Source: Octopus sinensis (lineage: Eukaryota). From it: a stretch of 64,000 nucleotides of DNA. Position numbers and translations under genes: made by a program. The stretch lies in assembly GCF_006345805.1 (NCBI RefSeq), contig NC_042999.1, positions 168,268,001 through 168,332,000 on the forward strand. Reading direction: 5' to 3'. The notes beneath the pieces are model-generated. The model had not been told where the DNA came from and made no database searches. It worked only from the letters and a program-made list of their open reading frames with translations. Every line of letters starts with the position of its first letter. Position 1 is the stretch's first letter. Positions 10,625 to 22,898 of the stretch are shown here, piece by piece.

Positions 10625-13600
10625 CAGATACTGACTGCAGGGAAAGACTTGCTGACAATCCAGAAAGAGGGATGACAAAGCGGAGAGACGCTTGACAGTA
10701 CGACAGTGTAACGAAAGATCAAATGGGCTTGCAGCCCGATCCGGGGTAAAATTGCAACGAAAAATACATGGGAAATCATGCCCCCATGATCCTAGACCAC
10801 AGGGGGAGAATAAAGGATCAAATAGGAATGGAAAAAAACCAAATGGACTTGGACCGGAAATGAACAATGAGAAAGGAAGCAGTAAAGGAATGGTAGATGA
10901 GGAGTTCAGCTGCTGTGGAAAGGTGTTTGCTAGTTACATCGGGCTGAGAATCCACCAAGGAAAGGTGTGTCAGAAGAAAGTAATTCAACAATGCAGGTTG
11001 ATAAACCATAAGACGTGTGGCCAGAACCTCCTGGAAAATAACCATAGCAAGGTTCATTCTACAGTTGAATTGGAACAATCAAAATGAGTGATAGGCATGA
11101 AGAGGACAAAGATTAAGTGGCCGAAAGCAAATGACGCAGCGAGTTATAAAAAATTTGACAACGAGGTAGCAAGAATGATCACCAAATTCAAAGGCGATGA
11201 TGAACAAAAGCTCAAAAACCTGGCTAATACAATCTACCAGGAAGGAGAGAAAAGATTTGGACTGCATACAATAGGGAAGGTAGAATCAACGGCAAAGAGC
11301 GGACCATCGAGGAGAGAAAGACGGATCACAAAGATTCAAGAAGAGAAGAAAAAAGTCAGATCCAGATGGAGGGATGCAAAGGAGGAGGAAAGAGAAGGGC
11401 TAAAGCAGCTATATGAAGAGATAAAAAAGAGGCATCGTGACCTGCTAAGAAAACAAAGAAGGAGGAGCAGAAGAAAGGAGAGAGAAAAAAACTATCGTAG
11501 CTTTGTGAACAATCCCTACCAATATGCGAAACATCTATTTACTGAAAGTAAAAGCGGAAAATTGGATTGTACGAAAGAAGAGCTCGGACAACATCTGAAA
11601 GAGACATACAGCGACTCGGACAGAAATGAAGTACTCCCAGAAATGCACGGACTGAAGAAACCACCTGAACCAAGAGTACCATTTGATTTGAGCGACATCA
11701 AACGGAAAGAAATGGATGAGTTCATAAGGAAAGCAAGAGCAAAAAGTTCACCAGGGAACGATGGAGTGAGCTACAAGGTATATATACAAATATTGCCCGA
11801 AATTACGTTTGTAGCTGTTTGCACTGATAAGAGAAATGTGGAAGAAGAAAGATGTAGCAGAGCGATGGTGTATAGCCGAAGGTATCTATTTACCTAAAGA
11901 GAAATATGCAAAAACACTAGGACAATTTAGACCAATTTCATTATTAAATACTGACGGGAAAATCATGTTTGGAATTATTGCTAGACGAATCATGAGATTC
12001 GTACAGCATAATGAAGCAATCCAAAAAGCAGGAATCTCCAGAATCCCTGAGTGCATAGAATACGCATTTGCCATCTGGGAAGCCATCACCTGTGCAAAAC
12101 AACTGAAGAAAAACCTGTACGTTGTTTGGCTAGATCTTGCCAATGCTTATGGATCTGTTCCACATGCACTAATAAAAACAGCGATGGACTTCTTTTGGAT
12201 TCCAAAAGATGTTCAACGAATGCTCATGTCGTACTACGACAACCTGAGGATGAGATTTACAGCAGGAAAGTTCACAACAGAGTGGCAACGGCTTGAAATA
12301 GGGATTGCAGCCGGATGCACGATATCGGTCATCTTATTCGTGCTAGTCATGGGAATGCTACTCAGATCTACAAACTGTGAGAAAGCTGTTACAAAGACAC
12401 CGTTAAGGGCTTTTATGGATGACATAACTATATTATCGGAAAGTAGAGAAGCAGCAGAGGGAACGTTAGAGCGGTTGGACGAACTGATAGGATGGGTAAG
12501 AATGAAATTCAAAGCCAAAAAATCTCGAAGCGTGGCTCTCGTGAAAGGAAGGCAAGAAGAAGTGAAATTCAGGATAGGAAGTGAAGACATACCAACGTGA
12601 AAGAAAGGACAACCAGTAAAGAGTCTCGGCAGATGGTATAGAGATTTATTAAATGATAAGAAGCAAAGGAAAGAAACACACGAGTTAGCAGAACAAGGAT
12701 TAAAGGCAATTGACAGAACAACGCTGCCGGGAAAATTCAAATGTTGGATACTGCAATTTGGGCTGTACCCAAGAATAATGTGGCCATTGCAAATGTACGA
12801 AATAGCCTCGAGTAGAGTAGAAAGGGTGGAACAAAGATGCAGTGTGGTTATCAGAAAATGGCTTGGTCTGCCGAAACCACTGAATACAACTGCACTATAT
12901 GGAAAACTCGTGCTGCAACTACCAATAACATCAATCACCGAAGATATAATAGGCAGGAAAGGCAAGGACAGTAATGATGCTAAGGTATTCAAAAGATCAG
13001 GGCATCCGGGAAAACCCCTTAAAGGTACGAACAGGGAGGAAATGGAAGGCGGAAGAGGCAGTAAACAGGGCGATTGGAAAACTAAGGCACGTAGATTTAG
13101 TCAGAGTGATGCAAGAAGCAACAGCCAGCCTAGGGTCGTACAATTTCAGGCCAATTTGCAAGAGCAGTATAAAAGAGATGAAAGAGGCAGTGGTATACGA
13201 AGTGAGAAAGGAGGAAGAAGAAAGGCAAAATGTACATTTGGTGCAATGCAGTCAACAGGGACAGTGCCTGAGATGGGAGGAATATGTGATTAGCCGCAGA
13301 ATATCATGGAAGGAACTTTGGGCTTGGGAACAAGCAAGAACATCCTTCCTGATCAAGTCTACCTTCGACGTTCTACCCTCACCGGCGAACTGAGTCCGGT
13401 GGAACATAAAAACAACCGATGAGTGTAGATGCGGAGAGAAAGCGACGGTTAGACATGTTCTGTCAAACTGCAGATTAGCACTAGAAAGGTATACATGGCG
13501 TCATAATCAAGTCCTCGGCGTCATAAGTGCAGCACTCAAGGAGAAGATCGAGAGGTACAATAGGGGAGAGTACCCAAAAGTGGAAAAGCGCAGGAAAGTA

Positions 13601-14225
13601 TACTTCCACAAGGAGGGAAAAGGATATAAAACCAGGCCTACAAATAAAATATACGAGATAGACGAAAGATGGAAGGGATACTGGGAGGTGGCCACGGATT
13701 TGGAAAGACTAGTAATATTTCCATTAATAAGAATGACAAAAAAAACAGATTTAGTCCTATGAGACAGAGAACGGAGAATAGGAATTTTGCTAGAACTGAC
13801 AGTGCCATGGGAAGAGAACATCAGTAATGCAGAGAAACAAAAGGAGAAGAGGTACAAAAAACTAATCGAAGAGTGCAGAGAACAGGGATGGAATGTCAAA
13901 TATTACCACCTGGCAGTGGGGGCTAGGGGCTTTATTGAAAGAAAAACGACAACGCTATTCAAAAGAAGATTTTTTTTTCCTAGCTCGGAGCTGAGAAAAC
14001 TAATGAGAGTACAGGAGGTGTTCGAAAAAGCCAGCTTCTATATATGGCTGAAGCAGGAAGACCAAAAACGGCTTGAAAGTCATAACATGCCGGCGGAAAA
14101 TAACATCACTAGGTGAAACAAGCTGACACGGAATTAACTTTGCTGACTGACAGATGACGGTATTGTTTAGAGAATGTGTAGGCTGAGACTACGCGTCTTC
14201 ATTGGGTCAGTTAAAGTTGAGACAG

Positions 14226-14306
14226 TGTCACGTGACAACTTGCTGGGGCTGTCTGCTGGAGCAGAGCAGCAGGTATTTAAAGGGAAAAATTTGACAAGAC
14301 AGTTAG
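14226..14306 (+). promoter_or_regulatory. Putative Pol II promoter in the Hero 3' UTR
   Basis: Palindromic E-box TGTCACGTGACA 14226-14237, TATTTAAAG 14274-14282, Inr-like CAGTT/TTAGTC about 27-31 nt downstream. Confidence 0.45.
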
Positions 14307-14394
14307 TCGTCCATTGACACTCGTTCACGCTACATTGAAGAGGCCAGGGAACAGAAGAAAGAGGAAGAAAGAAGACATACACCCAACACCAGAG

Positions 14395-14532
14395 CTGAAG
14401 ACACCTCCAAAGGGAGGGTAGAAGAGTAGGGGCCGAAACAGGATGTGGTTCCTCCTGATGATGTCTTGAGCTAACTGGATCCTATAAAGGAGCTGTTGTG
14501 GTAGCAGACCACGAAACATGGTTGAAATTCCT
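14395..14532 (+). repeat. 3' terminal direct repeat of the Hero element (internally deleted ribozyme copy)
   Basis: Keeps GUA 14418-14420, GGGGCC-GAAA 14429-14438 and CUGAUGA 14455-14461, but lacks the GGCCCC/CCACGTC strands. Confidence 0.9.
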
Positions 14533-14544
14533 AGTAATGGGAAA

Positions 14545-14920
14545 TCCTTTTCATCAGCTGAAAAGAATGTAAAAACTTGGATAGCCAAAGCATGGCCAGC
14601 CCTAAACAAACTGGATGTTGTATGGAAATGAAACCAGTCAGACAACCCAAAGAGGAATTTTTTCTGTGCAACAGTACAGTCAGTCCTTTTATATGGAGCA
14701 AAAGCCTGGATGCTCAACAAAACCTAGCAAGTGACTTACTGATATGGATGCCAAAGCACGGCTGTACTCAAGCAGATCATCCAAACACTGTATGTTGATC
14801 AACTTGCCATAAACACTGGATGCCTCTTCAAAGACCTCCCTAAACTAATTGCAGGACCAAGATGGATGCCATACATGGGTTAAAAATGTTCAAGCAAGCT
14901 CAACCAGATGAGCAGTAATA
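14545..14920 (+). mobile_element. Old RTE-type LINE 3' remnant
   Basis: IAKAWPALNKLDVVWK...FFCATVQSVLLYGAKAW with stops. Confidence 0.6.
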
Positions 14921-15987
14921 ATCAAATACTTCATCAAAAAAGAATGGAAGAAAAAATAGGAATTGTAAAGTCCATCACACTTGAGAAGACAAATACAATA
15001 CAGTATAAACAGATAAATGATAAAAGGTGATTGAATGAATCCCAATTGCAGATTAGGGTTTATTCTAATAACCAGGGAGATGGGACGTACAACCAACTAA
15101 GGCAGTACTTGAGATCAGAATTTGTAGGAATTTGTAGGCATAAAAAGCACCATCCGAACGTTGCCAGCGCCGCCTTGGCTGGCTTCTGTGCCACTGGCAC
15201 GTTAAAAGCTCCAACCGATCGTGGCCGATGCCGGACCCCCCTTGGCACCTGTGCAGGTGGCATGTAAAAAGCACCCACTACACTCACAGAGTGGTTGGCG
15301 TTAGGAAGGGCATCCAGCCATAGAAACTCTGCCAGATCAGACTGGAGCCTGGAGCAGCCCCTGGCTTCCCAGACCCCGGTCGAACCATCCAACCTGTGCT
15401 AGCGCGGAAAACGGACATTAAACGATGATGATGATGAAAACTAATTGCTGTTAAATATTGAGTCTCTTGTACTACATTTTATGAAAATATGATTACTACT
15501 GCTGGATAATAATAATGATGATGATGATACTAATTATAATAATTCTTTCTGCTATAGGCACAAGATTTGAAATTTTGGGGAGGTGGATAGTTGATTACAT
15601 TGACCCAAGTGCTCAACTGGTACCTAATTTATCAACCCTGAAAGGATGAAAGGCAAAGTTAACCTTGGTGAAATTTATACTCAGAACATGAAGAAAGGTG
15701 AAAAGTCACTGAGCATTTTGTCCAGTATGCTAATGCTTCTGCCAGCTTTCTACAAAGGGCACAAGGCCTGAAATTTAGTGGGAGGGACTAGTCAATTACA
15801 TCAACCCCAGTGTTTCACTGGTACTTAATTTATCGACTCTGAAAGGATGAAAGTTAAAGTCAACCTTGGCGGAATTTGAATTTGGAATGTAGTGACAGGC
15901 GAAATACTGCTAAGCATTTCATCAACGATTCTGCCAGCTTGCCACCTTCTTAATGACAATAATAATAATAATAATAGTTTCAAATTG

Positions 15988-16375
15988 TGGAAGCACTCCG
16001 TCGGTTACGACGATGAGGGTTCCGGTTCATCCGAATCAATGGAACAGCCTGCTCGTGAAATTAACGTGTAAGTGGCTGAGCACTCCACAGACACGTGCAC
16101 CCTTAACGTAGTTCTCAGGGATATTCAGCGTGACACAAAGAGTGATAAGGCCGGCCCTTTGAAATACATGTACAACAGAAACAGGAAGTAAGAGTGAGAG
16201 AAAGTTGTGGTGAAAGAGTACAGCAGGGATCACCACCATCCCCTGCCGGAGCCTCGTGGAGCTTTTTTAGGTGTTTTTGCTCAATAAACACTCACAACGC
16301 CCGGTCTGGGAATCGAAACCGCGATCCTATGACCTCGAGTCCGCTGCCCTAACCACTGGGCCATTGCGCCTCCAC
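15988..16375 (-). mobile_element. tRNA-derived SINE, family 3
   Basis: Head GGAGGCGCAATGGCCCAGTGGTTAGGGCAGCGGACTCG with A/B boxes; related copy at 52024-52328 (+), and a fragment matching its 3' part at 38698-38815 (-). Confidence 0.8.
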
Positions 16376-16689
16376 TACTTTCAAATTGTATTACAAGGTC
16401 AGCAATTTTGAGAGGAAAGGTTTAGTTTTTTAACTGATAGAAATGTCAATTTCTCAATTTTTGATTCATATTTGAATGGTACAAAATCCATTGGCCCAGG
16501 ATTGGGCTCAACACTGGGGTCTAGCGAAACTAACAGGGTTGACAAGCCAACTGTGAGAAGGGTTAAAACACAAAAGCTGTAATTTACATTACGATTTTCC
16601 TTAGACACCCAGCTTCTTTGGTAACTTCCAGAATTCCTGTATGCTCCAATACTTTTTCTGTGTACCATGAAATCAATCATCTCAGTCTA

Positions 16690-18072
16690 CTTGACTTTGA
16701 TATTCTAAAAGGATTGACGTAACTCTTCAAAAAGGCAAACAGACAAGTCAAGGAGTGCGATGCGATTAGAACTTTTTCTAGTTTGCATCATCATCATCAT
16801 CATCATCATCATCGTTTAGCGTCCGTTTTCCATGCTAGCATGGGTTGGACGGTTCTACTGGGGTCTGTGAAGCCAGGAGGCTTCATCAGGCCCAGTCAAA
16901 TCTGGCAGTGTTTCTACGGCTGGATGCCCTTCCTAACGCCAACCACTGTAGTGGGTGCTTTTTACGTGCCACCCGCACAGGTGCCAGACAGACCTGGCAA
17001 ACGGCCACGAACGGATGGTGCTTTTTATGTGCCACCGGCACAGGGCCAGGCGAGGCTGGCAACGGACACGAAACGGGGCGGTGCTGGCAACGGTCGCGAA
17101 ACGGAAGGTTCTCTTACATGCCACCGGCACTGGTAACACACCTGCAATTTCCATTGATCGATTTCCATTCTGATCCTCACTTGCCTCAACAGGTCTTCAC
17201 AAGTAGAGTTTCGACATGCCACCGGCACTGGTAACACATCCGCAATTTCCATTGATCGATTTCGATTCTGATCCTCACTTGCCTCAACAGGTCTTCACAA
17301 GTAGAGTTTTGTGGCCCAAGAAGGAAAGGTATGCATACGTAGGCTGGCTCCATCCCATGTAGAAGGCCACGGGTTATGGACTCACTTGTCCTGCCGGGTC
17401 TTCTCGCGCACAGCACACTTCCAGAGGACTCGGTCTCTAGTCATTTCCTCAGTGAGACCTAAAGTTCGAAGGTCATGCTTCACCACCTCGTCCCAGGTTT
17501 TCCTGGGTCTGCCTCTTCCACAAGTTCCCTCAACCGCTAGGGTGTGGCACTTTTTCACACAACTATCTTCATCCATTCTCGCCACATGACCATACCAGCG
17601 CAAACGTCTCTCTTGCACACCACAACTGATGCTTCTTAGGTCCAGCTTTTCTCTCAAGGTATGAACACTGACATTACACATCCATCGGAGCATACTGGCT
17701 TCATTTCTTGCGAGCTTACGCATATCCTCAGCAGTCACGGCCCATGTTTCACTGCCATGTAGCATGGCATGTTTCACTGCCATGTAGCATGCATGTTTCT
17801 AAAAATGGCTTGTCAACCCTCATTTTGCTTGACCTCAGTGTGGAGCCCAATCCTGGGCCAATGGATTTTGTACGATTCAAAATATAAATCAGAAATTGAG
17901 AAATCAACATTTCTATCAGTTCAAAAAAATTTAATCATTTTCGTGCTGAAATCAAAAGCCATTTGTCATTTCTGGAAGCATGCAAACTAGAAAAAGTTAT
18001 AATTGCATCGAGTTCTTTGTCTTGTTTGTTTACCTTTGTGAAGAGTTACATCAGTCCTTTTAAAATATCAAA
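16690..18072. mobile_element. MITE-like element with about 100-bp inverted ends, interrupted by an RTE
   Basis: 16690-16788 is the reverse complement of 17978-18072; 17805-17930 is also inverted relative to 16420-16550. Confidence 0.5.
16787..17770 (-). mobile_element. RTE LINE 3' part with UTR and tail
   Basis: ORF 17382-17783 AMLHGSETWAVT...RGRPRKTW; (CAT)n at 16787. Confidence 0.9.
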
Positions 18073-18306
18073 ATAATAATAATAATAATCCTTTCTACTA
18101 AAGGCACAAAGCCTGAAATTTTGGGGGACAGGGCTAGTCAATTACATTGACCCTGGTGTTTCACTGGTACTTAATTCATCAACCCCGAAACGTTGAAAGA
18201 CTAAGTCGAATTCAGTGGAATTTGAACTCAGAATGTAAAGATGGGTGAAACACCACTAAGCATTTTCTCCAGCATGCTAACAATTCTGCCAGCTTGCCAT
18301 CTTAAA

Positions 18307-18436
18307 AGAAGAAGAAGAAGAAGAAGAAGAAGAAGAAGAAGAAGAAGAAGAAGAAGAAGAAGAAGAAGAAGAAGAAGAAGAAGAAGAAGAAGAAGAAGAA
18401 GAAGAAGAAGAAGAAGAAGAAGAAGAAGAAGAAGAA
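18307..18436. repeat. (GAA)n microsatellite, about 43 units
   Basis: Direct reading. Confidence 0.95.
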
Positions 18437-18439
18437 GGC

Positions 18440-18738
18440 GGGTGATATTGAAATTGAAAAAATATCAGGATATACCCAGGGAGTTGAGGGGACTGTGGAA
18501 TTGTTGTTCTTATGGTATTTGGTGCACTTGGCACAAAATCCAAAATTCTGCTTAAAAGACTGGAAGAAATTGGAACTGAAACTCACATTGTTGACCTGCA
18601 GAAAAGTACCATAGTATATTCAGCAAGAATCCTAAGAAAGATTCTTGAGATTTGAGGAGACCTGTTGTCACCACATATCAAAGTAAAATACCTGCAAACT
18701 AAATTAACATGCACTAGCAAAATGATAATAATAATAAT
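18440..18738 (+). mobile_element. R4/Dong-type non-LTR element 3' end (REL C-terminus)
   Basis: Degenerate KYQDIPRELRGLWN..VFGALGT..LEEIGTETHIVDLQKSTIVYSARILRKILE*, followed by (TAA)n. Confidence 0.65.
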
Positions 18739-18951
18739 CCTTTCTACTATAGGCACAAAGCCTGAAGTTTTCGGTGAAGGAGCTAGTCGATTACATTGAC
18801 CCCCAGTGTTCGACTGGTACCTAATTTATCAACCACAAAAGGATGAAAGGCAAAGTCGATTTTATTGGAATTTGAACTCAAAATGTAATGACAGGCAAAA
18901 TATTGCTAAGCATTTTTTCCATTGTGCTAATAATTCTGCCAGCTCACCACC

Positions 18952-18983
<32 letters not shown>

Positions 18984-19549
18984 TCCTATTATAGGCACAA
19001 GGCCTGAAATTTGGAGGGAAGGGGTTAGTCCTTATATATCACTGGTACTCAATTTATCGATCCTGAAAGGATGAAAGGCAAAGTCAACATCAGCAGAATT
19101 TGAACTCAGAATGTAGCAGCAGACGAAATACTGCTAAGCATTTCATCCAGCATGCTAACGATTCTGCCAGCTCGCCACCTTAATAATAATAATAATAATT
19201 ATAACAACAACAACAATAACAACAGAAAACTGATGCAATACAATACTAGGAAGAGTTTCCACTCCCCCAGCACTACCAAAAAAGAACACACAAAGCTGCA
19301 TATATCCCAGCAAACTGAAGGAGTAGCAAATGATGCAGTAAAAGTTTGCCTGAAACTATCAAATGTTCAATAATAATGACTTCTTTTTTGACCACAAAGG
19401 GTTTATACGTCAAGAAAAACATTATGGACAGTAGAGGACAAAACAAAGAATGTGTGTGTGTGTGTGTGTGTGTTGTTGTGAAGGTACACATATCTCCAGT
19501 TTACACAAACTATGTTTTTACCAGTCTTCCAGCAAAACCTCTTAGCTTA

Positions 19550-19990
19550 TACTCTTTTACTTGTTTCAGTCATTTGACTGCGGTCATGCTGGAGCACCGC
19601 CTTTAGTCGAGCAACTCGACCCTGGGACTTATTCTTTTTGTAAGCCCAGTACTTATTCTATCGGTCTCTTTTTGCCGAACCGCTAAGTGACAGGGACATA
19701 AACACACCAGCATCAGTTGTCAAGCAATGCTAGGGGAACAAACACAGACACACATTCATATATATATATATGCTAGCATGGAAAACGGACGCTAAATGAT
19801 GATGATGATGATATATATATATATATACGACAGGCTTCTTTCAGTTTCCGTCTACCAAATCCACTCACAAGGCATTGGTCGGCCCGGGGCTATAGCAGAA
19901 GACACTTGCCCAAGATGCCAGGCAGTAGGACTGAACCCGGAACCATGTGGTTGGTTAGCAAGCTACTTACCACACAGCCACTCCTGCGCC
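19550..19990 (-). mobile_element. tRNA-derived SINE, family 1 (internal microsatellite, LINE-like tail)
   Basis: Same family as 24568-24965, 29290-29662, 32960-33350, 43148-43535, 43905-44324 and partial copies at 37752, 42372, 47912, 50770, 62440, 63865. Confidence 0.85.
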
Positions 19991-20123
19991 TACTACTACT
20001 TACCACACAGCCACTCCTGCACCTACTACTACTACTACTACTACTACTGACAACAACACCAATACAAACAGCCCACCTTCTCCTCCTCTCCTCCCCCTCA
20101 AAGCTATTTCTCTATATGTTAGG

Positions 20124-20161
<38 letters not shown>

Positions 20162-20618
20162 TTTTAGCCAGAAGAGAAAGAGTAGTGCCCAAGACTTAAA
20201 AGTCCCATTCAGGGCTTCTGAGACTGATGTATGCTAGCCTGAGACCAGACACCCGGCCGAATACTGAAGTCAACCCAAGGAGTAATGTCAATGATAAAAT
20301 CAAAAACAGGATCAGAATGAAATGGAAAAAAAAAATCACTTTGAGAAACTACTTTAATCGTTTCCTTTAACAAGAAACTTAAAAAGAAACCAATATCAAA
20401 ACTTAATACAAAACATTATGAGCAATGTGCGTATGGAATAAAACTATGGCATATTTGAAAGTAACAGAGCTAATAAGTTTAACAGGGAAAAATAAGTATT
20501 CTTGTGACATTTTAGGTCTTCTTTTTTTTAAACAAGATTATTTCTTAAGAAATGACAAATGAAAAGATATCCTATATTTGAAAATAGTTCCTCATCCTTC
20601 TTTGCTATATGTTAAAGA

Positions 20619-20657
<39 letters not shown>

Positions 20658-21504
20658 AAGAGTGAGTGAGTGTGTGTATGTGTGTGTCACTCTCTCAAAC
20701 ATAAATAATTTAATGTACATAAAAAGATCTCTTTTCAGTACATTTCCTTGCTACATATTTGTAACTTAATTATTTTCTGACACAAGACTTTAACTATATA
20801 GGCAAGGAGAAATGATATGCAGTTATGCGCACCTGTAGTAATTGATTATACCGCTGCAATATCAATCATCTAAATGAACACTTTGCAGCATAATTTAAAT
20901 TACTGAGGGAGTAACGAATGCTATAAGCTTAATTAATATTAGAGCAAAGGATTTTATTAATGTTAAATATTTGATGAGAAATTAATAAAGGTATGGTTAA
21001 ATAATAGGTATATACTGACAGGAAGAATTAATTATATGAAAGGTGGACCAGTATATAAACAGGCTTCAAATCAAATCATTAACAGGGAAATTTGAAAAAT
21101 GGAAACAGAGTTTACACAATATTTAGGGAGAGCTAGGCAGCGAGCTGGCAGAAACATTAGAATGCCGAGTGAAATGCTGTCTTTATGTTCCGATTTCAAA
21201 TTCCACCGAAGTCGACTTTGCCTTTCATCCTTTCGAGATCGATAAATTTAATACCACTTGCATACTGAGGTCGATCTAATCGACTGGACCCCTCCCTCAA
21301 AATTTTGGGCCTTGTGAATATTTAGGGAGAGCTGAGAAGAGGGGAAGTAAAGTGAATTAATTTTCTCACAGGAATTAATAGCATTAGTAATATCATTATT
21401 CATACTATTGGACATGAAGGATACACCAAAATGACAGCAGGAACATGTGTTTGAAGAGATCGTAGCATTGCACAGAACAATTTCAGCTGTTGCTTCATAA
21501 TTAT

Positions 21505-22060
21505 AAATAATAATGAAATTATTGTATACAGTGCTCAGGTGCACCACAACTTGTCAGAAAGTGCATATAAAGTACATGCAGTAATGTAGAAATGTCTGGA
21601 AAGTGAACATGCTTGTGTGTGTATGGAGGGGAGGAAATCAAGTGTAGCGTTGGCGAATCTCAGGAAGCATGGAAGTTTTGAAGGATGCAGTGCTCCGACA
21701 ACTAACAACCGATGCCGGCAGTTTGTTCCATGCTTCAGCAACTCTCAGCGTGAAAAAATGTTTCCTGAAGTCATGGGAGCTGTGCTGTTTTCTTACTTTG
21801 TAAATATGTCCATGGGTGTTAGATGGGTGGAGTTTGAAGAGGTGCTCAGAGTTATTGTTTGTGCGATGGTTGATAATTTTATGGGTGTCTGCCAAGTCAG
21901 CTGCCAGACGTCGGAGTTTCAATGTGTCCATGCCCAGGGAAGTAAGGCGTTCAGGATATGGCAAATGCCTGATGGAGGGTATTCTTTTGGTTGCACGTCG
22001 CTGAACAGCTTCCAGACGATTGATGTCCTGGGCAAGATAGGGGTTCGAGACCGGTGATGC
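21505..22060 (-). mobile_element. CR1/L2-type LINE 3' fragment
   Basis: ORF 21638-21964 YPERLTSLGMDTLKLRRLAADL...FFTLRVAEAWNKLP. Confidence 0.85.
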
Positions 22061-22229
22061 AAATTTAGAAATTGTGATAAGAGCGAAAAATTATAAAGAG
22101 AAAGTTGAAAGTGCAGATATACCAAAACAGAATTTTGAAAAAATGGATTGGTTATGAGAAGACTTTCTAAGTAATGCTTATCAGCTCACTTTAAACAGGG
22201 GTACTCAAATTGCAAGAACTTCTATTTGA

Positions 22230-22610
22230 ACTTAAAACAACCTTAACATTAGCTTCAAGTTTCATCCAAGACTGGGACCACAGGCCATACGTCCCCTGCC
22301 CAATTCAAGATCACAACATACATGTACACTGCGACATAATTTCTTTTCCTCAACAGGCCCTGCCCTATTTAACATTGTCCCGAGGGAGATCAAAGAGGAA
22401 AAGGATCCCATCAACTTTAAACGGAGTCTGGATAGATTCCTTCAAAGAATACCAGATAAGCCACCCATAATTGGATACAACTCACCCAACAAGAACTCAC
22501 TACTTGAACAAAACTTGACTTAAACAGGATTCGAATAATCCTATCAGGTGGTGCTATTAAGTTAGACATGGCCTGGACCAATCTTTGGTCGAAACATCTA
22601 AGTTATATAG
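22230..22610 (+). mobile_element. Old CR1/L2-type LINE 3' remnant
   Basis: GPALFNIVP...LDRFLQRIPDKP...NSLLE, the typical C-terminus. Confidence 0.55.
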
Positions 22611-22898
22611 CCACTAAATCTACTTCAACAGTCTTTTAATCATTTTTTGTATGAGATTAACACAACAATTCTAAATTTATAGATAATATGCCTCACAAAA
22701 ACAAAACATAACAACAGGATTGTAGGTGTTATCCATTTTCAGTGTGAATAAAGATGCAGATGGTGGATTGGTTGACAATATCGATCCTTCTAGTCCCAGG
22801 GAGAGAAAAAATAGAGAAATAGCTTTGAGGGGGATGAGAGGAGGAGAAGGTGGGCTGTTTGTGTTGGTGTTGTTGTCAGTAGTAGGAGTAGTAAGAAA

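Larger units (their letters stand above)
10467..14532 (+). mobile_element. Hero-clade (R2-superfamily) non-LTR retrotransposon, near full length, decayed, with terminal direct repeats
   Basis: N-terminal Zn finger SCCGKVFASYIGLRIHQGKVC; RT motifs FRPISLLN, WLDLANAYGSVPH, GIAAGCTIS, AFMDD; knuckle CRCGEKATVRHVLSNC followed by YTWRHNQVL; REL nuclease DLVL..ELTVPWEENI; several stops and frameshifts. Confidence 0.9.

Noticed and set aside
18241-18586. Poly-R/S/F ORFs
   Set aside because: Translations of (GAA)n.
20833-22670. Further candidate exons (RYNQLLQ; LKLFCAMLRSLQ...; KFLQFEYPCL; NCCVNLIQKMIKRLL)
   Set aside because: Weak splice sites or incompatible phases; cannot be separated from chance.
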